From: Wigglesworthia glossinidia endosymbiont of Glossina brevipalpis
Lineage (GTDB): Bacteria > Pseudomonadota > Gammaproteobacteria > Enterobacterales > Enterobacteriaceae
Reading direction: 5' to 3'
Assembly (NCBI GenBank): GCA_000008885.1
Contig: BA000021.3
Coordinates: forward strand, 600,001 to 632,000
DNA: 32,000 nucleotides
Shown: positions 9,735 to 17,741 of the stretch, in pieces
How the letters are laid out: every line of letters starts with the position of its first letter
Numbering within the stretch: the first letter of the stretch is position 1
Translations under genes and position numbers: made by a program
The notes under the pieces: model-generated
Database searches by the model: none
What the model saw: the letters and a program-made list of their open reading frames with translations, nothing else
Told to the model about the DNA's origin: nothing

Positions 9735-11651
9735 ATGCAAAAAAAAGAAACTTTAGAATTTCAATCTGAAGTAAAACAGCTTTTAAATTTAATGATACAT
9801 TCTTTATATTCTAATAAAGAAATATTTTTAAGAGAATTAATTTCTAATGCATCAGATGCATTAGACAAGTTAAGATTTTTATCAATTTCAGATGAAAAAA
9901 TAAAAATAAAACAAAATAAATTATGTATATTTATAGATTATGATAAAAATAAAAAAAGTATTACTATACAAGATAATGGAATAGGTATGTCTAAAAAAGA
10001 AGTAATAGAAAATTTAGGCACTATAGCTAAATCTGGTACTAAATCTTTTATTAAATCTATAGAAAAATCAAATTCTGAAAAAAACAATCAATTAATAGGT
10101 AAATTTGGAGTTGGTTTCTATTCAGTATTTATCGTCTCTGAAAAAGTATTAGTTCTTACACGTTCATTTAAAGAAAATGAAAAAAATGGAGTTTTATGGG
10201 AATCTTCAGGAAAAGGTGAATATACTATTTCTAATATAATAAAAAAAGACGTAGGAACAGAAATAACTATATTTTTAAAAGAATCAGAAAAAGAATTTTG
10301 TGATGAGTTAAATATAAAAAATATTGTTTTGAAATATTCTAATCATATAAATTTTCCAATTAAATTAAAAACTAAAATAACAAAAGATAATAAAATACTA
10401 ACTCCAGAAGAAAAAAAGTCATATACTTGGAAACAAATAAATACAGGTAAATCTTTATGGTCTAAAAAAAAGTCAGAGATAAAAGACATAGAATATAAAG
10501 AATTTTATAAAAATTTTTTCAATGATAATTACGATCCATTAATATGGTCTCATAATCATGTAGAAGGAAAACAAGAATATGTCAGTTTATTGTATATTCC
10601 AAGAAAAGCATCATGGGATATATGGAACAGAGAACACAAACACGGATTAAAATTATATGTCAAAAAAGTATTTATAATGGATCAATCTAGTGAATTTATT
10701 CCTAATTATTTAAGATTTATTAAAGGAATAATAGATTCTAATGATCTTCCATTGAATGTTTCTAGAGAGATTTTACAAAACAATGAAAATATATATAAAA
10801 TAAAAATTAATTTAACTAAAAAAGCTTTATTAATGTTAGAAAATTTATCAAAAAATCATCCTGATGAATATAAATTATTTTGGAAAGAATTTGGTCTTAT
10901 TCTAAAAGAAGGACCTTCAGAAGATATAAAAAACTACGAAAACGTTATAAAACTTTTTAGATTTTCATCTACATATATAAATTCAGAAAACCAAGAAGTT
11001 TCTTTAGAAGATTATGTTAAAAGAATGCAATCTGGACAAAACAAAATATTTTATATAACTTCTGATAATTATCTTTCTGCAAAGAACAATCCACATTTAG
11101 AAAAATTAAAAGAGAAAAAGATAGAAGTATTATTATTGTTTGACAGAATTGATGAATGGATGATGAATTATATGACAGAATTTAAAAAAATTAAGTTTCA
11201 ATCTATAAGCAAATATAGTTCATATTTAGAAAATATATTTAAAGATGAAAACAACGATCAAAAAAATACAGAACAAAAATTATCAACAATTATTCTTAGA
11301 ATCAAATCTTATTTGAAAGATAGAGTGAAAGATGTACGTTTTACATCTAAATTGACAAATAGCCCATCTACAGTTACTACTGACGAAAACGATATAACTA
11401 CACAAATGTCTAAATTATTAATTTCAACAGGACAAGAAAGTCCAGAAATAAAATATATTTTTGAATTAAATGCAAATCATCCAATAATAAAGCATGTATT
11501 TAATATTGAAGATAAAAATATATTTAATAATTGGATAGAATTATTATTTGAAGAATCGATTTTATCAGAGAGAGGTAATTTAGATGATCCAAATAAATTT
11601 ATTCATAGAATAAATAATTTATTATTGTCTAATATTATTAGATTAAATTGA
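9735..11651 (+). CDS. htpG: Molecular chaperone HtpG (Hsp90)
   Basis: FQSEVKQLLNLMIHSLYSNKEIFLRELISNASDALDKLRF, LGTIAKSGTK, GKFGVGFYS, HGLKLYVKKVFIMD, NYLRFIKGIIDSNDLPLNVSREILQ and IDEWMMNY are collinear with E. coli HtpG. Confidence 0.95.
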   Translation: MQKKETLEFQSEVKQLLNLMIHSLYSNKEIFLRELISNASDALDKLRFLSISDEKIKIKQNKLCIFIDYDKNKKSITIQDNGIGMSKKEVIENLGTIAKSGTKSFIKSIEKSNSEKNNQLIGKFGVGFYSVFIVSEKVLVLTRSFKENEKNGVLWESSGKGEYTISNIIKKDVGTEITIFLKESEKEFCDELNIKNIVLKYSNHINFPIKLKTKITKDNKILTPEEKKSYTWKQINTGKSLWSKKKSEIKDIEYKEFYKNFFNDNYDPLIWSHNHVEGKQEYVSLLYIPRKASWDIWNREHKHGLKLYVKKVFIMDQSSEFIPNYLRFIKGIIDSNDLPLNVSREILQNNENIYKIKINLTKKALLMLENLSKNHPDEYKLFWKEFGLILKEGPSEDIKNYENVIKLFRFSSTYINSENQEVSLEDYVKRMQSGQNKIFYITSDNYLSAKNNPHLEKLKEKKIEVLLLFDRIDEWMMNYMTEFKKIKFQSISKYSSYLENIFKDENNDQKNTEQKLSTIILRIKSYLKDRVKDVRFTSKLTNSPSTVTTDENDITTQMSKLLISTGQESPEIKYIFELNANHPIIKHVFNIEDKNIFNNWIELLFEESILSERGNLDDPNKFIHRINNLLLSNIIRLN

Positions 11652-11678
11652 AATTGAGTTAAAATTTCTGGAATTAAT

Positions 11679-12311
11679 ATGAGAATAATTTTAATAGGAT
11701 CTCCTGGCAGTGGTAAAGGAACTCAAGCAAAAATAATGTCTAAGAAATATAACTTGCCTCATATCTCTTGTGGAGATATTTTAAGAAAACAAAATAAATG
11801 TTGTGATATAAATAAATTAATAAAAAAAGGAGAATTAATTAACGATAAATTAGTAACAAACATAGTTCTTGAAAAATTAAAAAATATAAATTTATTTAAA
11901 GGTTTTATTTTAGATGGATTTCCAAGAACTTTATATCAAGCTAATTCAATTAAAGAAAATAAAATAAAAATTGATTACGTTTTAGAATTATTCTTACAAG
12001 AAAAATATATTTATGAAAGAGTATTAGGGAGAATAATAGACAAGGTTTCTGGAGAAATATATCATTTAAAATTCAATCCTCCTAAATTTATTACAGAAAA
12101 AAGTAATAAAAATAAAATTTTAGTAAGAAGGTTAGATGATAAAAAATCAGCATTACAAAAAAGAATAAATGATTTTTTTAAAAATTCTTGTTTAATAAGT
12201 GAATTTTATAAAAAAGAATCACTAGAAAAAAAATTAAAATATAAAATTATAAATGCTGATTTTGATATAAATACTATATCGAATAAAATTTTTAACATTA
12301 TAAATGTTTAA
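11679..12311 (+). CDS. adk: Adenylate kinase
   Basis: MRIILIGSPGSGKGTQA P-loop, then GFILDGFPRT, IDYVLEL and YHLKFNPPK. The htpG-adk-hemH order matches E. coli. Confidence 0.95.
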   Translation: MRIILIGSPGSGKGTQAKIMSKKYNLPHISCGDILRKQNKCCDINKLIKKGELINDKLVTNIVLEKLKNINLFKGFILDGFPRTLYQANSIKENKIKIDYVLELFLQEKYIYERVLGRIIDKVSGEIYHLKFNPPKFITEKSNKNKILVRRLDDKKSALQKRINDFFKNSCLISEFYKKESLEKKLKYKIINADFDINTISNKIFNIINV

Positions 12312-12343
12312 ATTTTTTTTAAAAATTTAAAATTAAAACTAAT

Positions 12344-13309
12344 ATGAAAAATAATATTGGAATTATAATTTCTAATGTAGGAACTCCTTCACATCCAAAC
12401 AAAAAATCTGTAAAAAAATATTTATCAGAATTTCTTTCTGACAAAAGAGTTATTGATATTTCGAGATTTTTTTGGATTCCTTATCTTCATTTATATTTTT
12501 TACCATTAAAATCTTATAAATCGGTAAATTTATATAAAAAAATTTGGGAAAAGGATGGCTCCCCTTTGATGATCAATAGTTTAAATCAAAGAAATTATTT
12601 AATAAATAAATTTCCAAATTTTAAAATAGAGCTTGGAATGCGATACGGAGATCCATCTATATGTGTTGCTATAAAAAAAATGATAAAAATTTATAATGTA
12701 AATAAATTAATTATTTTACCTATGTATCCTCAATATTCGTGCACTACAACTGCATCAGTTTTAGATAGTGTTTGTGAAGTTATAAAAAAGTATAGAAATA
12801 TACCATCTATTATATTTATAAGGGATTATGCTGATAATATTAATTATATTAATGCTATAACAAACAGTATAAAAAAATCTTTTAATAAGAACGGCATTCC
12901 AGAAATGCTAATAATGTCTTTTCACGGAATACCTAAAAAATACATTAAAGATGGAGATGATTATTTAAAAAGATGTAATGTCACTAAAAAATTAGTATTA
13001 TCTAAATTAAATTTTTCAAGAAAAAAAGTAATAATGAGCTTTCAATCAAAATTTGGCAATATTCCTTGGATAACTCCCATAACTTCTGAAGTTATTTCTT
13101 TTCTTCCAAAAAAAGGAATAAAAAATATTCAAGTTATATGCCCTGGATTTTCTTCAGATTGTTTAGAAACTTTAGAAGAAATAAAAATACAAAACAAAAA
13201 AATATTTAAAGATAATGGAGGAAAAAAATTCCATTATATACCTGCCTTAAATTATAGCAAAATTCATATTGAATGTCTTGCAAACATTATTAGAACTCAT
13301 TTAAAATGA
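12344..13309 (+). CDS. hemH: Ferrochelatase
   Basis: KKYLSEFLSDKRVID, ILPMYPQYSCTT, FIRDYADN.NYINA, SFHGIP, DGDDY, QVICPGFSSDCLETLEEI and YIPALN match E. coli HemH. TGA stop. Confidence 0.93.
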   Translation: MKNNIGIIISNVGTPSHPNKKSVKKYLSEFLSDKRVIDISRFFWIPYLHLYFLPLKSYKSVNLYKKIWEKDGSPLMINSLNQRNYLINKFPNFKIELGMRYGDPSICVAIKKMIKIYNVNKLIILPMYPQYSCTTTASVLDSVCEVIKKYRNIPSIIFIRDYADNINYINAITNSIKKSFNKNGIPEMLIMSFHGIPKKYIKDGDDYLKRCNVTKKLVLSKLNFSRKKVIMSFQSKFGNIPWITPITSEVISFLPKKGIKNIQVICPGFSSDCLETLEEIKIQNKKIFKDNGGKKFHYIPALNYSKIHIECLANIIRTHLK

Positions 13310-13370
13310 GATTGAATATTTTTTTTAATAACAAGATTTTTAAAAAATTTTCAAATTAATTAAATTATTA

Positions 13371-13457
13371 CGGAGGAGGTGAGATTCGAACTCACGAAAG
13401 GTTTAAACCTTTTCTGATTTTCAAGACCAGCGCCTTCAACCACTCGACCACTCCTCC
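13371..13457 (-). tRNA. serT: tRNA-Ser, anticodon UGA, class II with long variable arm
   Basis: The reverse complement reads GGAGGAG-TG-GTCGAGTGGTTGAAGGCG-CTGGT-CTTGAAA-ATCAG-AAAAGGTTTAAACCTTTC-GTGAG-TTCGAAT-CTCAC-CTCCTCC-G. It has a 7-bp acceptor stem, a T-loop TTCGAAT, an anticodon loop CU-UGA-AA and a hairpinned variable arm. It is close to E. coli tRNA-Ser(UGA). It is adjacent to yccA as in E. coli. No CCA is encoded. Confidence 0.92.
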
Positions 13458-13617
13458 TTTAAAATTTAAAATAAAGAAAATTATAAAATAAATTTATTAT
13501 ATAATTTTTATATTAAAACTTGCATTTTTTTATTTTGTATAATTAAAATATATATACTATAAAAATCTTTTATTATCAAATAATTAAATATTTAAAATAT
13601 AAATTTAGGAAAAAATT

Positions 13618-14277
13618 ATGAATAGAATCATAGAAATTTCTTCAAAAAGTAGATCAAATTTATCTACAAATAAAGTATTAAGAAATACATACTTGCTTTT
13701 ATCCATGACAGTAGCATTTTCTGCGATTGTAGCTACAATTAGTAGCATTTTTAACTTTACTTATTTAGGAGCCATTCCAACTTTAATTGGATTTTATGGA
13801 TTGTTGTTTTTAGTACATCGTTTATCTAATAAAAAATCTGGAATTATAGCAATTTTTCTACTTACTGGATTCATGGGATATACTATATCTCCTTTAATTA
13901 ATATGAGTATAAATTACAACAGCGGGAATAGCATAATTTTATCTTTGATAGGAACTACTGTTATATTTTTTTCTTGTGCATTATTTACATTAAAAAGCAA
14001 AAGAGATTTATCTTTTTTGTCTAGCATTTTAATTTCAGGAAGCATTGCTTTGTTTATTTGTATGATTGGAAATATTTTTTTAAATATTCCATCTTTATCG
14101 TTAGCAATTAGCATCATGTTTATGATTTTTTCTTCAGTTGCAATAATATGGGAAATAAACAATATTATTCGTGGAGGAGAACAAAATTATATAAGAGCCA
14201 CTGTTAGCTTATATGTATCTATATACAATATTTTTGCAAGTTTTCTTGGAATATTTGGAGGATCAAAAAATAATTAA
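13618..14277 (+). CDS. yccA: BAX inhibitor-1 family inner-membrane protein YccA (FtsH modulator)
   Basis: [23 protein letters not shown] near the N-terminus and [29 protein letters not shown] near the C-terminus match E. coli YccA ([49 protein letters not shown]). The protein is multi-pass and hydrophobic. AGGA lies 7 nt before the ATG. Confidence 0.9.
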   Translation: [219 protein letters not shown]

Positions 14278-14287
14278 ATAATTTTAA

Positions 14288-14334
14288 GGCGGAAGCTTTT
14301 TAAAAAATTTTAATGTTAAAATTTTTCTTCCGCC
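14288..14334. terminator. Candidate bidirectional intrinsic terminator between convergent yccA and ispF
   Basis: The outer stem GGCGGAAG (14288-14295) / CTTCCGCC (14327-14334) is a perfect 8 bp and G/C-rich, which is conspicuous in this genome. An inner A/T stem pairs ~14303-14313 with 14316-14326. The element lies in the 82-bp gap between two converging stop codons. The flanking U-tracts are only moderate. Confidence 0.45.
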
Positions 14335-14359
14335 GTATTATATTTTGAATATTTATAAA

Positions 14360-14833
14360 TTAAATTTCTAACAATACAGATACTGCTTCTGATGCAATTC
14401 CTTTTTTTTTTCCTATTTCTCCCAACCCTTCCATAGTTTTTGATTTTATATTAATAACATCTGTTTTGCATTTTAAACAATTTGATATACAAAGGCATAT
14501 TTTATTAGTATATGAAGATATTTTTGGATATTCTAGAAATAAAGTAACATCAATATTACCAATTTTATATTTTTTTTTTATACAATTCCATACAACTTGC
14601 AATAAAATGCAACTATTTATATTTTTATATTTAATATCATTATTTGGAAATAAAATTCCAATATCCCCTAAAGATGAAGCTCCAAGCAAAGAATCAATTA
14701 TAGAATGAATAATAACATCTCCATCAGAATGAGAAACAACACCCTTGCAGTAAGGAATATGAACTCCGCCTAAAATTAATGGTTTATATATTTTTCCAAA
14801 TTTATGAATATCAAATCCATGACCAACTCTCAC
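14360..14833 (-). CDS. ispF: 2-C-methyl-D-erythritol 2,4-cyclodiphosphate synthase
   Basis: GTG start, with AAGGAG embedded in the end of ispD. (M)RVGHGFDIHKF...GGV.IPY.KG...HSDGDV..HS..D.LLGA..LGDIG.LFP matches E. coli IspF. Confidence 0.93.
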   Translation of the reverse strand: MRVGHGFDIHKFGKIYKPLILGGVHIPYCKGVVSHSDGDVIIHSIIDSLLGASSLGDIGILFPNNDIKYKNINSCILLQVVWNCIKKKYKIGNIDVTLFLEYPKISSYTNKICLCISNCLKCKTDVINIKSKTMEGLGEIGKKKGIASEAVSVLLEI

Positions 14834-14838
14834 TATAA

Positions 14839-15528
14839 CTACTCCTTAATATTATTAATAAAAAAATTTGCAAAATTTAAATCTTCTGGATATGTAATTT
14901 TTATATTATCTGATCTACCATGTACTAAATTTAATTTATATCCACATTTTTCTAAAGCTGAAGATTCATCAGTTATTATTTCACCTTTAGAAGTAATAAT
15001 TTTTAAACAATTTATTAAAATTTTTAAATTAAATAATTGGGGAGTTAGTGCTCTCCATAATTTATTTCTTTTTATAGTATGACTAATAAAATTACCATAA
15101 GATTTTTTAACAGTATCATAAATTGGAGCAGCTAAAATTGCTCCAAAAGGAGATATATTGATTACTTTTAATAATTTATTAAGATCATTTTTATGCAGGC
15201 AAGGACGAACTGCATCATGAACTAGAACCCAATCTACTTTACTAACAAATTTTAGCGCTGATATTACAGATTCTGTTCTAGATTTTCCACCTATAACTAT
15301 ATTTATTTTTTTATTTTTTAATATTGATAATTTATTAAACCAATAATCTTTTTTATTAATTGCTATTAATATTTTTTTAACATATATTTTATCTATAAAT
15401 AAACTTATAGAATGTTCTAATATAGTTTTATTTTTTATTTTTATATATTGTTTTGGATATTTATACCCCATTCTTTTTCCTATTCCTGCTGCTGGAAAAA
15501 TCACAATAATTTCAGGATGATTAATCAT
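14839..15528 (-). CDS. ispD: 2-C-methyl-D-erythritol 4-phosphate cytidylyltransferase
   Basis: N-terminal PAAGIGKRMG...PKQY motif, then VLVHDAVRPC and a C-terminal ITYPEDL-like motif. The ftsB-ispD-ispF operon order is conserved. Confidence 0.9.
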   Translation of the reverse strand: MINHPEIIVIFPAAGIGKRMGYKYPKQYIKIKNKTILEHSISLFIDKIYVKKILIAINKKDYWFNKLSILKNKKINIVIGGKSRTESVISALKFVSKVDWVLVHDAVRPCLHKNDLNKLLKVINISPFGAILAAPIYDTVKKSYGNFISHTIKRNKLWRALTPQLFNLKILINCLKIITSKGEIITDESSALEKCGYKLNLVHGRSDNIKITYPEDLNFANFFINNIKE

Positions 15529-15550
15529 ATTTTCTCTAATATTTAAAAAA

Positions 15551-15874
15551 TTAATTATAATTATTTTTATTTTCTAAATTTATAATTCTGTAATAAATTT
15601 CATCTGATTTTATCATATTTAAATCACTTCTAGCTTTTTCTTCTATAATTTCTTTTGTATTTCTCAAATCTTCAATTTCTATTAATAAATCATTGTTTCT
15701 TAATTTTTTTTTTAAATTATCATTTTTTTTAATTTTAATTTCTTTTTTTATTTTTATTAAAGTAATAATATTATTATTACCAAACCAAAAGTAAAATTGC
15801 ATAAATAACAAAATAAATACGAGTAAAAATTCAAATTTCGTAAAAAATAAAAAATTAAATTTTTTTTTTATCAT
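15551..15874 (-). CDS. ftsB: Cell division protein FtsB
   Basis: One N-terminal TM segment with the F.WFG.N motif, a coiled-coil region (LK.RN..L..EI.DL), and EE.AR..L.M.K..E..YR match E. coli FtsB. It lies upstream of ispD as in E. coli. Confidence 0.8.
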   Translation of the reverse strand: MIKKKFNFLFFTKFEFLLVFILLFMQFYFWFGNNNIITLIKIKKEIKIKKNDNLKKKLRNNDLLIEIEDLRNTKEIIEEKARSDLNMIKSDEIYYRIINLENKNNYN

Positions 15875-15963
15875 TTTATTCTTATTAAAATTAGCTTAAT
15901 TTTTATAATTAAAAAAATATTATAATACTTTTATTTTTTAAAAATATATATTATATATGTATT

Positions 15964-16644
15964 TTAGTATTTAAAATAAATTAAAGATTCTTTAGAAGAT
16001 TTTGTATTTGGAAATTTGTTTATCATTTCTAAAATTCTGAAATTAGAAGCAGAATAAGCATGTTTTTTAAAATAAAATTTTATTATTTGTAATTCATGAA
16101 AAGCGATTCTTTCATTTAGATGAAAAATATAATTTTTTGATGATTTATAAAAATCACTATTTGGATATTTATATATTAATTTTTTAAAATTATTTAATGC
16201 TAAATAAGCATATTTTGTATTTTCTATAAATTTTTTTTTATATATAAAAAAGTTTATTGTATTTTTATCTAAATCCATATTTATTAAACCTTGTATATAA
16301 ATTAAAAAATCTATATATGGGCATCTAGGATTAGATTCAATAAATTGATCAATAATTTCTTCAAGAATAGAATTATTTTCTATTTCATAATCTTTATATG
16401 TATAATATAAATTTATAATATTATTTTTAGCTTCTTTATAATAATAATAATTATTATATTTGTTTATAAAATATAAATATCTTTTATATTTTTTATATCT
16501 ATTTTTATAAAGTTCATTATTTTTTAAATTATTTTCTTCATTTTTAATTTTATATTGAATAAAATTTGTATTTTTCAAAGAACAACTTTCTATAGCTAAA
16601 AGAAATGTTATTATTACAATAATATTTTTAAATTTAATATCCAA
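15964..16644 (-). CDS. bamD: Outer-membrane protein assembly factor BamD (YfiO), highly diverged and Asn/Tyr/Lys-rich
   Basis: [29 protein letters not shown] resembles E. coli [42 protein letters not shown] resembles SKLVRGYPNSQY. INKFPNT resembles LRDYPDT. There is a signal peptide ending ..LLAIESC. The gene is divergent from rluD as in E. coli. The only available in-frame start near the N-terminus is TTG at 16644. Confidence 0.75.
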   Translation of the reverse strand: [226 protein letters not shown]

Positions 16645-16721
16645 AATACAATTTATTTTAATTTATTAATGAATAAATTTATTTTAAACTATTTTAAATA
16701 AAATATTAAATAAGATTTAAT

Positions 16722-17666
16722 ATGAAAAAATATAAATTTTTTATAAAAAAAACTTGCATTTCTCAAAATGGTAAAAGATTAGATAAAAGCATAGCAGAAA
16801 TATTTCCAGAATATTCTAGAAATAAAATAAAAAAATTTATTATTAATAATCAAGTAAAAGTAAATGATATATGTATTATAAATCCAAAAAAAAACATAAA
16901 GGGAGGTGAGTGCATAAAAATTAAAATTAGTAAAAAAAATAATTTAATTTCTAAAAAAAGAAAAACATATAAATTAATTTACGAAGATGATGATATTTTA
17001 GTAATAAACAAATATAAAGATGTGATTGTTCATCCAGGATGTGATAAACATGAAAATACATTATTACACGACATTTTATTTAACTATCCTGATTCAAAAA
17101 ATTTATATAGAGCTGGAATAGTACATCGCTTGGATAAAGACACAACTGGATTAATGTTGATAGCAAGAAATTCGTTTTCTCAAAAAAAATTAATTAAATT
17201 GTTAAAATTAAGATTAATTAATAGAGAATATAGAGCTGTTTTATTAGGGAAAATTATATGCGACGGAACTGTCAGTGCTCCAATTATTAGAAATTCTAAA
17301 AATAGAACTCGCATGAAAGTACATATTTCAGGAAAAGAATCAATAACTCATTATAAAATAATTAAAAATTTTAATGATTTTTCATACGTTAAAATAAACT
17401 TAGAAAGTGGTCGCACGCATCAGATAAGATTACACATGTCATATATAAATCATCCTGTATTAGGAGATTTTGTGTATGGAAATAAAAAAAATAAATATAT
17501 AAAAACATTATATAAAAGCATTTTTAATATTTCTAGACATGCTTTACATGCGAGAAAAATAAAATTTATACATCCAATAAATAATTGCTTAATGGTTCAT
17601 AAAATAGATCTACCGGATGATATGAAAATATTATTAAAAAATTTAAAATATTTAAATAAAATATAA
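16722..17666 (+). CDS. rluD: 23S rRNA pseudouridine synthase D (RluA family)
   Basis: S4 domain GKRLDK..AE.FPEYSRN.IK..I, then YEDDDILVINK, VHPG, the catalytic motif AGIVHRLDKDTTGLMLIA, GRTHQIRLHM, and LHA..I.F.HP. Confidence 0.9.
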   Translation: MKKYKFFIKKTCISQNGKRLDKSIAEIFPEYSRNKIKKFIINNQVKVNDICIINPKKNIKGGECIKIKISKKNNLISKKRKTYKLIYEDDDILVINKYKDVIVHPGCDKHENTLLHDILFNYPDSKNLYRAGIVHRLDKDTTGLMLIARNSFSQKKLIKLLKLRLINREYRAVLLGKIICDGTVSAPIIRNSKNRTRMKVHISGKESITHYKIIKNFNDFSYVKINLESGRTHQIRLHMSYINHPVLGDFVYGNKKNKYIKTLYKSIFNISRHALHARKIKFIHPINNCLMVHKIDLPDDMKILLKNLKYLNKI

Positions 17667-17741
17667 TATAATTTTATTTTAAATAAAAACCAAATGTATA
17701 TTTATTTTAAAATAACTAATTTAAAAATAAAAAATAATTAA

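Noticed and set aside
14466-15082. Plus-strand ORFs 14466-14708 and 14804-15082 opposite ispF/ispD. Likewise 8842-9105, 9549-9740, 13914-14162, 20970-21152, 22290-22577 and 24196-24423 lie opposite dnaX, ybaB, yccA, metG, cpxR and gpsA.
   Set aside because: These are antisense shadow ORFs inside confidently identified genes, with hydrophobic low-complexity translations and no independent support.
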